Notes under the pieces: generated by a model
What the model was told of the DNA's origin: nothing
Databases searched by the model: none
What the model saw: only the letters and a program-made list of their open reading frames with translations
In this document: piece after piece, positions 20,325-27,300 of the stretch
How the letters are laid out: the number at the start of each line of letters is the position of its first letter
Numbering within the stretch: the stretch's first letter is position 1
Assembly: GCA_965250005.1 (NCBI GenBank)
Contig: OZ252279.1
Location: 480,001-512,000, forward strand
Direction of reading: 5' to 3'
Source of the DNA: Demequinaceae bacterium
GTDB taxonomy: Bacteria > Actinomycetota > Actinomycetes > Actinomycetales > Demequinaceae
DNA: 32,000 bases
Position numbers and translations under genes: made by a program

Positions 20325-20422
20325 ACGACGCCAAAGGCCCTGGTAAAAGGGGTACACGATCTAACGCCGCGGATTATGACAAGCCCCGGCTAGCAACCCG
20401 AACATTCGCGTTTTCGCCGTCC

Positions 20423-20584
20423 ATGGGTGTCTGCATGGACTGCTTTGACAACGCTGACCGCACGCCAGCCGGTCGGCTGTTCGTGGAGATGTTGTCGTGT
20501 GGCGAGTGGCTCGGTTCCGACTCACGTCGCCGATGCCATGACTGTGCGTTCATCTGGCGCGAAGGTCTGCCGGTGCTCGCATGA
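20423..20584 (+). CDS. small Cys-rich protein; in the circular form part of a longer 102-aa ORF starting at 27301
   Basis: MGVCMDCFDNADRTPAGRLFVEMLSCGEWLGSDSRRRCHDCAFIWREGLPVLA with paired CxxC motifs; frame open back to GTG at 20309. Confidence 0.6.
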   Translation: MGVCMDCFDNADRTPAGRLFVEMLSCGEWLGSDSRRRCHDCAFIWREGLPVLA

Positions 20585-20793
20585 GTGCGGGTCTGTTTAT
20601 CAAGGCGGCGGCGAAGTTTCCGTCCCATCAAGTTGAGGCCGGGCGGCGTGAATTCAACCGTCTGTCAGTTAAGGCTAAGGGCGAACTGCTCGCGCAGTTG
20701 CACGACGTAAAAACGTCGATCTATCCGTGGTGGCTGATTGCTCTTTCTCCGGCTGCCGGTGTGGTCGGCTTCTGGCTGGGGTGGTCGCTGTGA
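20581..20793 (+). CDS. small phage membrane protein
   Basis: 70 aa, C-terminal TM (WWLIALSPAAGVVGFWLGWSL); ATGA overlap with upstream stop. Confidence 0.7.
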   Translation: MSAGLFIKAAAKFPSHQVEAGRREFNRLSVKAKGELLAQLHDVKTSIYPWWLIALSPAAGVVGFWLGWSL

Positions 20794-21014
20794 TACCTCC
20801 TCCCCCGGTGCTGATGTGTTCGGACGGCGTGGGGTTGATCGCCTGTCTGCCGTCCCACACCGTAGGCGACTTGGCGGCTGCTGCATTGGCCGAACAGGTC
20901 GCCGCGATGTGGGAGTTGCTCGACTCGGCTGTTTCGTGGGCTGGTGTCGGCCTGCTGGTGCTTGTCGTCGGTATGGGTGTTGGTACTGGGCGCGCGCTTG
21001 TTGGTGGTCGCTGA
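20790..21014 (+). CDS. small phage membrane protein
   Basis: 74 aa, TM VGLLVLVVGMGVGTGRALVG; GTGA overlap with previous stop. Confidence 0.65.
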   Translation: MIPPPPVLMCSDGVGLIACLPSHTVGDLAAAALAEQVAAMWELLDSAVSWAGVGLLVLVVGMGVGTGRALVGGR

Positions 21015-21085
21015 TGCCTGAGGGTCTGGTGGTCATCGTCGCGCTTGGTGCGCTGTGGCAATTGCTCGTGGCGGTTACCAAATGA
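21014..21085 (+). CDS. 23-aa hydrophobic peptide (minor virion protein candidate)
   Basis: MPEGLVVIVALGALWQLLVAVTK; TGATG overlap with previous gene. Confidence 0.5.
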   Translation: MPEGLVVIVALGALWQLLVAVTK

Positions 21086-21171
21086 CTGTGGGCGATTGGG
21101 TCATGGCCGTCATCTGTGTTGGCTTGCTTTTCTGGGTCATGTCTTCGGTGCCACTCCCGGTGATTTCGTGA
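21082..21171 (+). CDS. 29-aa hydrophobic peptide (minor virion protein candidate)
   Basis: MTVGDWVMAVICVGLLFWVMSSVPLPVIS; ATGA overlap. Confidence 0.5.
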   Translation: MTVGDWVMAVICVGLLFWVMSSVPLPVIS

Positions 21172-21272
21172 GTGCCACCGAAGTCGTCTATCTGTTTGGC
21201 CTGCTGGTGCTTCTTGGGGCGCTTGCGGGCATCATTTCCCAATTGTTCGGGGGAGGTGAAAAAGATGACTGA
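21168..21272 (+). CDS. 34-aa membrane peptide (minor virion protein candidate)
   Basis: GTG start overlapping previous TGA: (M)SATEVVYLFGLLVLLGALAGIISQLFGGGEKDD. Confidence 0.55.
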   Translation: MSATEVVYLFGLLVLLGALAGIISQLFGGGEKDD

Positions 21273-21411
21273 ACTTGGAACCGCTTTTGGCGCGCAACTC
21301 ACTGTGCTGTCCACGGCCGTTACCGACAACATCGGCGCCATTCTTGGTGTCGCTGTGATTCTGCTCGCTGCACGTCTCCTCTGGGGACTGGCGCGCCGTT
21401 TCATCAAGTAA
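21265..21411 (+). CDS. major coat protein candidate (pVIII-like), 48 aa
   Basis: MTELGTAFGAQLTVLSTAVTDNIGAILGVAVILLAARLLWGLARRFIK: short N-terminal region, one TM, basic C-terminus; directly followed by a strong terminator. Confidence 0.75.
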   Translation: MTELGTAFGAQLTVLSTAVTDNIGAILGVAVILLAARLLWGLARRFIK

Positions 21412-21417
21412 CCGCTC

Positions 21418-21453
21418 CCCCGCGTGCGCCGCGCTCGCCGCGCGCACGCGGGG
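21418..21453 (+). terminator. terminator hairpin after the coat gene
   Basis: 12-bp perfect stem CCCCGCGTGCGC / GCGCACGCGGGG with 12-nt loop. Confidence 0.75.
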
Positions 21454-21495
21454 TCGGTCCTTATAAATGCTCGACAATCCAGAAAGACACAGATC

Positions 21496-22872
21496 ATGTT
21501 TGAACTTCTGCTTGGCGCGGTGATTATTCCCCCGCTGCCCAACCCGGGTGCCACCGCTGGCGACTACTGTGCGTTAGCGACAATCGAATGTGCGGCACCG
21601 ATTGCGGGCGGGCGTGGCGCAACTATTGAAGCGGCTGCTATCTACGTCCGGTTGCTCGAAGGGACCCAGGTAGGAAACGCACTCAATGTCGGTTACGTGA
21701 TCGAGCCCGATGCTCTGTATGCGGCGGCGGGTGCGGTCGAGGTCATTCCCGTGTGCGTGGATGAGGCTGGGGTTGCGACGCTCAATGGCTCTAGTGCAGT
21801 CGTGTCCTGGACGGAATGGGCCGACGTGATTGCCGGTGACTTCGGGCTTGTGGTGACGGATATTTGTGCGGTTGGTTCGTCGCGTCAACTGGCTACGGTC
21901 GCGACCGTTAGTGAGGACGATGGTGGGGTTCCCGTGTTGGCTGGATTCCTGGACGGAATCACCACCTACACGTACGGTTTCACTTGGACGGTTCAGACGT
22001 CCCCCGACGCTTTCACCGCTGGCGACTATTCGCTGACTAAAACGTGGGTGAATAAGAATTGTTCGGTCGGCTATTGCACCGGCTGGCATATGTATGAAAT
22101 GTTTCAGGATCCAATCACCGGAGCACTCAGTTACGTAGACATGGGTGTGGCCGTAGAGCCCGGAAGCCTCTGGGGTCCGCGCTATGAGAATGGCACCGTA
22201 TCGGCAAACTTCGTGGGATTCCTCCACGGCTTGCAGACCGAGACGCGTGCTAGCAATATTTCAAATCTGGAGTCGTACCACTCGAACTCAGGTAATGCGG
22301 TCGTATGGTTGGCTCCCAGTCATCCGCTCGCGCCGGTCACCATTGAGCCGGTCACCTTCACGTCGCTGACGTACGTGACGGCCTTGGAAGAACTCAAATT
22401 TCGGGACATTATTCCCGGCGATAATCTTGCGCTCGTGGCCGGGGCGTGTACTTCGTTTGGCGAGTGCACGTCACGCTGTTCAGGTTTCCTGAACTCGATA
22501 GATGTTGGCTGTCTGTTCACTCCTACGGTCAGCGTGAGGGACACGCTTGGTGCGGCGGTGGCGGACTTCTTGGACCAGCCCCTGCTGAACGATATCGAAA
22601 TACTCGTTCACAACATGAGTCGTGCCGCTGGTGCGGTGTCGAGCATTGGCTCCGAGTGCGGGAGCCTCCTAGCGGTGACTGACGCCAATAGTGGTATCGG
22701 CTTTGACCTGAACACCTGCGACATGCCCGCTGGTGTGACCGCAATCGTCCACGACGTCCTGACCGTAATCCTGCTCGCGGGCCTGGCTTATTCGTCCATC
22801 GGTCTCGTGACTTGGGGTATCGGTATCCGCAACCCGTTCCGGCTCGGTCGCTCCGGCGACATGGAGGACTAA
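21496..22872 (+). CDS. minor coat / adsorption protein (pIII-like)
   Basis: 458 aa, secreted-type N-terminus, multiple Cys, C-terminal TM plus basic tail; sits between the coat and Zot genes. Confidence 0.75.
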   Translation: MFELLLGAVIIPPLPNPGATAGDYCALATIECAAPIAGGRGATIEAAAIYVRLLEGTQVGNALNVGYVIEPDALYAAAGAVEVIPVCVDEAGVATLNGSSAVVSWTEWADVIAGDFGLVVTDICAVGSSRQLATVATVSEDDGGVPVLAGFLDGITTYTYGFTWTVQTSPDAFTAGDYSLTKTWVNKNCSVGYCTGWHMYEMFQDPITGALSYVDMGVAVEPGSLWGPRYENGTVSANFVGFLHGLQTETRASNISNLESYHSNSGNAVVWLAPSHPLAPVTIEPVTFTSLTYVTALEELKFRDIIPGDNLALVAGACTSFGECTSRCSGFLNSIDVGCLFTPTVSVRDTLGAAVADFLDQPLLNDIEILVHNMSRAAGAVSSIGSECGSLLAVTDANSGIGFDLNTCDMPAGVTAIVHDVLTVILLAGLAYSSIGLVTWGIGIRNPFRLGRSGDMED

Positions 22873-22875
22873 CAC

Positions 22876-23154
22876 ATGCTCATCGATACCGCGCTCTACG
22901 CCGTTTCTAGCATGGTCGGATGGATTCAAGGCTGGTTCGGTCCCCTGCCGCTGGAGGTCATGGATAATTCCTATGAGTTGGTGGAATTGTCGGAGGGCCT
23001 CGCCGCTCAGATGCCGGGCTTGGGGCTGATTATTCCGTTCGATAACATCGTGCCCTTTCTTCAGGTGTGGATCGCGCTCTTCTTCACCATGTTGGTTGTC
23101 GCCATGGTTCGCTACGTTGCGTCGTTGTTTGGCTGGAACCTGGGTGCACGATGA
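22876..23154 (+). CDS. pVI-like minor coat/membrane protein
   Basis: 92 aa, hydrophobic; directly upstream of and overlapping zot (ATGA). Confidence 0.65.
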   Translation: MLIDTALYAVSSMVGWIQGWFGPLPLEVMDNSYELVELSEGLAAQMPGLGLIIPFDNIVPFLQVWIALFFTMLVVAMVRYVASLFGWNLGAR

Positions 23155-23894
23155 GCATCACCGGATACGTGGGAGCGAATGGTTCCGGAAAGACGTTGCT
23201 AGCCGTAGAAGCGGCCATGAAACGCGCCGTACGCACCGGCAGGCCGCTCTACTCCACGGTGCCGATAGATGGTTACGTGGCGCGTGGCTGGGTCGTGAAG
23301 TGGGTTCCTGCGTTCCGCGTCCGGCTGCCCGTCTGGGTTTCTCGAGGAAAAGTGCGAGTGGTGTCGAAGCCGCTTGAGTCTTGGTCACAATTCCTCGCGC
23401 TCGAAGATGCGGACGTGCTGCTCGATGAAGTGTCCGCGCTGGCATCATCGCGCGACACCATGGGGCTCCCGCTCGACGTCGTGATCGCTTTGCAAACGTT
23501 GCGTCATCGTGACGTGACAGTGACGTGGACGGCTCCAGGCTGGATGCGCGCCGACGTGCTATTGCGTGAAGTCACCGCCGACACGTACGAGGTCGTGCCG
23601 CGCTCGTTCCGGGCTGTTGGTGGTCAAGCCTGGGCCAACACCTACCTATCCGTCGTCAGGCGGTTCTCCGGCTCTGAGGAGTCCGGCGACAAGAAACCGA
23701 CTCACAAACTATCGGGCCGTCTCGTGCGTCTGGCTGGGCGCTGCTCCTTTGGTGCATATCCGTCGCGCCATATCGTCGTCCGGCTCTCCGAATACGTGTC
23801 TGTCATCCATGAAACTTGCGGCCTCGAAATCAAGCGCGCCAAATATTGCACCTGCGGGGCAAAGGCTCCGGCACCAAAACGTCCCCCGCGATAG
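23151..23894 (+). CDS. zot: Zot/pI-like assembly ATPase
   Basis: MSITGYVGANGSGKTLLAVEAAMKRA (Walker A) and FLALEDADVLLDEVSAL (Walker B), in inovirus gene order. Confidence 0.9.
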   Translation: MSITGYVGANGSGKTLLAVEAAMKRAVRTGRPLYSTVPIDGYVARGWVVKWVPAFRVRLPVWVSRGKVRVVSKPLESWSQFLALEDADVLLDEVSALASSRDTMGLPLDVVIALQTLRHRDVTVTWTAPGWMRADVLLREVTADTYEVVPRSFRAVGGQAWANTYLSVVRRFSGSEESGDKKPTHKLSGRLVRLAGRCSFGAYPSRHIVVRLSEYVSVIHETCGLEIKRAKYCTCGAKAPAPKRPPR

Positions 23895-23901
23895 TCGGGG
23901 G
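23883..23901 (+). terminator. hairpin across the zot stop codon
   Basis: CCCCCG-CGATAGT-CGGGGG 6-bp stem, no clear T-tract. Confidence 0.4.
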
Positions 23902-23967
23902 GTGAAGCACTCCAAGTAGGACCATCTACGCCTGTTAGCGCGGGCACAACTGTAGGGAACGGGACCT

Positions 23968-25281
23968 ATGACGGTAGTGCTTGCAGGTACCGCACCAACT
24001 GTGCCAATTGGTGCGGTACCTGCCCTCCTTGAGGAGGATTTTTTAGGCTTCGCTTCTGGGGCTGATGTTGAAACTGCCCGCGGCAGAATCGCCGCTACGC
24101 ATGGTGTGGACCTGTCCGGGAATTGGGAGTTGCCTAACGCTCTGGCTCCGCACGGTGCACACCGAACTCCTGATGCGATGTTCTATGGTCTGCGCTTCTC
24201 CCCTGGCACTGTCGGCGTTAGAACTCGCCAGGCAAAACCGTATGACCCGCCACCGGCTGAGGTGCTGCAACTGCACACGTTGGATGGCTCTCCCGTATTC
24301 AACGACGACGGCTCTATGGCGATGGTCAACGAGGAATTTGAGCGTCCTAAACCTGTTCGTGGTGTCATCAAGGAATGGTCTAGGAAGTCTCGGGCTCGCA
24401 TGGTTGAACGCATCGGGGAACTGGACTTGTCGGATTGGGGTGAGGGTCCTGGCGATTTCGCGCTGTGTACTCTGACGCTTCCGGGCCAGTGGCAGGATGT
24501 GGCGAAAGATGCCCGCGAATTTAAGACCAAGGTGCGTAAGTTCCGTGCACGGTGGGAACGTGCAATCGGCCCGTGGGTGGTGCTTTGGAAGATCGAAGCA
24601 CAGCGGCGCGGTGCACCACATTGGCATGGGTTGATGAGAGTGCCCGCCAAGGTTGGTGCCGAAAACTTTGAGGATTGGTACGCCCGTGTTTGGGCTGAGG
24701 TTTGCGGTGCCTCGGACGAATGTCACAGGTGCGGAGGCTTCGATGCTCGGGCAATTCCCGAATCTTCGGGCCCGAGAATGGCGCCTGGTGTTTTCGACTG
24801 TGAATGCCGTACAACGGACAGTGAACGTTCGCGCCAACAATTGCGGCATGGACCCGGAACTAAGGCCGTTTCGATGAGTTCAAAGATGACGGATCCGCGT
24901 CGCATTGCTATCTATTTTTCTAAGCACTCACTCAAATCTGATGGTGGCAAGGAGTATCAAAACCGTGTACCGGATGAATGGGGTGAGGCTGGTGCTGGCC
25001 GATTTTGGGGCGTCTCAGGATTGAAGCGTGCGGTCGGTGAAGTGTGGCTAACTCGGTCCGATTTCTATCGTGCACGCCGCTACATGCGTGGCGTCAAACG
25101 TGGCCTAGCTGCGAGCGTTGAAATGTCTCGCGCTCGAGCCTCTGGTGCGTCTGTCGTCAATTTGCGGGTGCCGCGTTCGTCTACTTCTTCTTTACGTAAT
25201 GCTGGCGGTTGGTTGCTGGTCAATGATGGTGTTGGTCTTGGATATGCTCTCTCTCGCGCTCTGGCTCTCGGCTATCCGTAA
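23968..25281 (+). CDS. rep: HUH-type rolling-circle replication initiator
   Basis: WVVLWKIEAQRRGAPHWHGLMRV (HUH motif), downstream RRIAIYFSKHSLKSDGGKEYQNRVPDEW (candidate catalytic Tyr) and GRFWGVSGLKR. Confidence 0.88.
   Translation: MTVVLAGTAPTVPIGAVPALLEEDFLGFASGADVETARGRIAATHGVDLSGNWELPNALAPHGAHRTPDAMFYGLRFSPGTVGVRTRQAKPYDPPPAEVLQLHTLDGSPVFNDDGSMAMVNEEFERPKPVRGVIKEWSRKSRARMVERIGELDLSDWGEGPGDFALCTLTLPGQWQDVAKDAREFKTKVRKFRARWERAIGPWVVLWKIEAQRRGAPHWHGLMRVPAKVGAENFEDWYARVWAEVCGASDECHRCGGFDARAIPESSGPRMAPGVFDCECRTTDSERSRQQLRHGPGTKAVSMSSKMTDPRRIAIYFSKHSLKSDGGKEYQNRVPDEWGEAGAGRFWGVSGLKRAVGEVWLTRSDFYRARRYMRGVKRGLAASVEMSRARASGASVVNLRVPRSSTSSLRNAGGWLLVNDGVGLGYALSRALALGYP
23983..24023. repeat. 16-bp perfect inverted repeat at the 5' end of rep
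   Basis: GCAGGTACCGCACCAA (23983-23998), loop CTGTGCCAA, TTGGTGCGGTACCTGC (24008-24023). Confidence 0.9.
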
Positions 25282-25588
25282 CGCCGCCGCTGCTACTTCT
25301 GCCGCATCTATGGCTCCATGTAAATCGTTTGCCACTAAGAGGACTGCTGTACGTCTCGCAAACTCTAAATGAGCGTCCCAGGCCGCTTGACCTGTTGGCC
25401 TTCCTAGTTGAAATGGCTTTCCCAAGTACTCAGAGAGCACTACGCCCTGTGCACCCGTCAATCCTGTCCATGGTGATCTGTTCACGCCCAACTCTTTCGG
25501 CACAAATCGGACATCGCTGAACTCGCCCTTGTTATATGTGCCATATCTGCACGCTTGAAGAAACTCACTCGACCACCCTGAGGGGAAC

Positions 25589-25640
25589 GTGCGGGACGCA
25601 GGGACCCGCGCCGGGCAGGCGTGGGTGTGAGGGTTCCCGC
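25589..25640. repeat. structured repeat R1 (52 nt)
   Basis: GTGCGGGACGCAGGGA[CCCGCGCC]GGGCA[GGCGTGGG]TGTGAGGGTTCCCGC. Confidence 0.85.
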
Positions 25641-25641
25641 T

Positions 25642-25671
25642 AAGTGGGCTGTTGTACCGGTGCGCCCACTT
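25642..25671. repeat. 8-bp-stem hairpin in the presumed origin region
   Basis: AAGTGGGC / GCCCACTT with 14-nt loop TGTTGTACCGGTGC. Confidence 0.8.
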
Positions 25672-25727
25672 GTCCCAAGTCGACTTCCATAGTCGACTAT
25701 TATGCCGTGGTGATCGCCGATCATATT

Positions 25728-25757
25728 CGGCTATGGTCCCGCGGGCTACCATAGCCG
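25728..25757. repeat. 10-bp inverted repeat in the phage control region
   Basis: CGGCTATGGT / ACCATAGCCG around a 10-nt spacer containing CCCGCGGG. Confidence 0.85.
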
Positions 25758-25761
25758 GCTA

Positions 25762-25790
25762 TTGCACTCAAGATCTTGAGCGTCTATGGT
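25762..25790 (+). promoter_or_regulatory. promoter with embedded operator-like palindrome, predicted to give a leaderless transcript
   Basis: TTGCAC - 17 bp - TATGGT; CTCAAGATCTTGAG palindrome at 25767-25780; ATG at 25797. Confidence 0.6.
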
Positions 25791-25796
25791 CGTGTC

Positions 25797-26033
25797 ATGA
25801 TCACCTATTGGAGTCGAAAGAATGTTGCCGAATATATTGGTTTGTTGGAGACCTCGCTGCCGTCTCTTGGGGCTAAGTTGCCGCCGCCTGATGCGGTGAT
25901 CGGTCAGAACATTGGGCGGCCAATGTCGGGTTGGTTGCCGGAGACTATCGCCGCCTGGTATCAGGGGATTGGCCATTGGAAGCGGCCTGGAGGGTATGGC
26001 TCCCCCGCTGCTGTTGAGGCGCGCGGGAAGTAG
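25797..26033 (+). CDS. small AlpA/excisionase-like DNA-binding protein
   Basis: MITYWSRKNVAEYIGL...LPPPDAVIGQNIGRPMSGWLPETIAAWYQGIGHWKRPG, winged-helix AlpA-like pattern. Confidence 0.7.
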   Translation: MITYWSRKNVAEYIGLLETSLPSLGAKLPPPDAVIGQNIGRPMSGWLPETIAAWYQGIGHWKRPGGYGSPAAVEARGK

Positions 26034-26034
26034 C

Positions 26035-26086
26035 GTGCGGGACGCGGGGACCCAATCCGTGCAGGATTGGGCGCGAGGGTTCCAGC
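26035..26086. repeat. structured repeat R2 (52 nt), homologous to R1
   Basis: GTGCGGGACGCGGGGA[CCCAATCC]GTGCA[GGATTGGG]CGCGAGGGTTCCAGC. Confidence 0.85.
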
Positions 26087-26097
26087 AAAGCGACCAC

Positions 26098-26117
26098 GGC
26101 GGCGCGAAGACGCCGCC
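26098..26117 (+). terminator. hairpin downstream of the AlpA-like gene
   Basis: GGCGGCG-CGAAGA-CGCCGCC. Confidence 0.45.
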
Positions 26118-26176
26118 AACCGTTCTCAACTGGCGTGCCGGAGAGTAGTGCTAGATCTAGACGTTGCCATAGTGGG

Positions 26177-26809
26177 CTATTTTTTGGTGATCGTCAGTTC
26201 AACCTGTTGTTTGATTTGTGCCTGAAAGCCAATCGCATTGCGTATCCCCTTGAGGGGAAGCGAGAGGCCGCCAGTTCCCCAGAGAAGGACCGTGCCGTAT
26301 CCGACCGATCTTGCGAAGATTCCTTGTGAGACCCTAATGCTTTCGATTTGGCCAAGAAGCAACTCGTGCGTGCGGCGCGAGAGGAGACCATATTGCGCGG
26401 TAATACGTCGGTTGGTGAGGGTGAACCGATTCGACGTTAATTGAAGTATTGCGCGAATGAGTAGCAAGGTGCCCAACGGTCCTGCAATCAAGAGAATTAG
26501 GATGAGGGCCACATTCGCTCCGGTGTCGCCCCAGACTTGCCCGAATAAGACTCTACCGCCGAGGACGAAGATAGCCAGGAGAACGGGCGGGGCGAAGGCG
26601 AAGAAGGGGTCAACGCGTGCGAGCGCGATTACGTGCTCCTGGGCTTCCTCATGCAACTTCTCGACGGTCGTCGTATTCGGTCGAACGGCGGGAGTCCACC
26701 CTGAGCCGTTCCACCATCGGAGTTTGTGCGCGTCACTGGCGTCGGTGTACCAGCCTGCGGGGGTTGAACTAGTTGGAGTTGCGTTGGCCGAAATCGGAGT
26801 GTCATCCAT
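26177..26809 (-). CDS. DUF2510 plus PH-like (bPH_2) membrane protein; reverse-strand cargo gene in the prophage
   Basis: AGWYTDASDAHKLRWWNGSGWT DUF2510 motif; two TM segments; FTLTNRRITAQYGLLSRRTHELLLGQIESIRVSQGIFARSVGYGTVLLWGTGG. Confidence 0.8.
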   Translation of the reverse strand: MDDTPISANATPTSSTPAGWYTDASDAHKLRWWNGSGWTPAVRPNTTTVEKLHEEAQEHVIALARVDPFFAFAPPVLLAIFVLGGRVLFGQVWGDTGANVALILILLIAGPLGTLLLIRAILQLTSNRFTLTNRRITAQYGLLSRRTHELLLGQIESIRVSQGIFARSVGYGTVLLWGTGGLSLPLKGIRNAIGFQAQIKQQVELTITKK

Positions 26810-26929
26810 TTTTCCACGCTATCGCATGGAGTCTTATCGGGTGTCTTCGCTTGAAGTCGGTGTCACTATGTTAGGTTGGTTTCACCCGAACCGTTAGCGC
26901 GGTTCACAACATGAAAGAGGGTAGCCATC

Positions 26930-27211
26930 ATGGCTGAATCAACTATCAACGCGCAGGTTCTTTTCAGGAATCGGCGTGCCTTCACTCCCAAGGGTGAAGT
27001 GGAAGAGATCGTCTATTTTGAGGCGGTTCTGTTCGACCCGAAGACGCACGAGTTGTATGTCTATCGGTCGGGCAATTCGTCCGATTTTGAAGGCGTTGAT
27101 GTTGGCAAGTCCGTCAAGGACTTCGCTGTCACCGTGGACAAGCGCACGAACGTGAGAGCGACTCTCGTCCGTCCCCTTCGCGACGACTCGGAAGGGACGA
27201 CCAACTTTTAG
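26930..27211 (+). CDS. 93-aa phage protein, ssDNA-binding (pV-like) candidate
   Basis: MAESTINAQVLFRNRRAFTPKGEVEEIVYFEAVLF...; AGAGGGTAG upstream; size and beta-rich appearance only. Confidence 0.6.
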   Translation: MAESTINAQVLFRNRRAFTPKGEVEEIVYFEAVLFDPKTHELYVYRSGNSSDFEGVDVGKSVKDFAVTVDKRTNVRATLVRPLRDDSEGTTNF

Positions 27212-27222
27212 ATCAATGAGTG

Positions 27223-27256
27223 CGCCCCCGGGCCGTTAGCGCGGCTTCCGGGGGCG
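27223..27256 (+). terminator. terminator-like hairpin after the 93-aa gene
   Basis: CGCCCCCGGGCCG-TTAGCG-CGGC(TT)CCGGGGGCG, 13 paired bases with 2-nt bulge. Confidence 0.7.
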
Positions 27257-27300
27257 GCTCGTCTCAAGTCCGCGTACAACCCACACGGAGAGGCGTACCA

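Noticed and set aside
21014-21171. Retron or toxin-antitoxin interpretation of the tiny hydrophobic ORFs
   Set aside because: No reverse transcriptase or antitoxin-like partner; overlap chain and position before the coat gene fit virion proteins better.
24043-24849. 268-aa minus-strand ORF inside rep
   Set aside because: Antisense to rep with HUH motif support; low-complexity composition.
25532-25558. Second dif-like site around TTGTTATATGTGCCATATCTGC
   Set aside because: Only matches dif with a gap and several mismatches, whereas 27333-27348 is a perfect 16-bp copy.
25192-25752. 186-aa minus-strand ORF over the end of rep and the noncoding block
   Set aside because: Runs through R1 and the hairpins and partly overlaps rep; no recognisable motif. 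Kept as a weak alternative only; RNA-seq would settle it.
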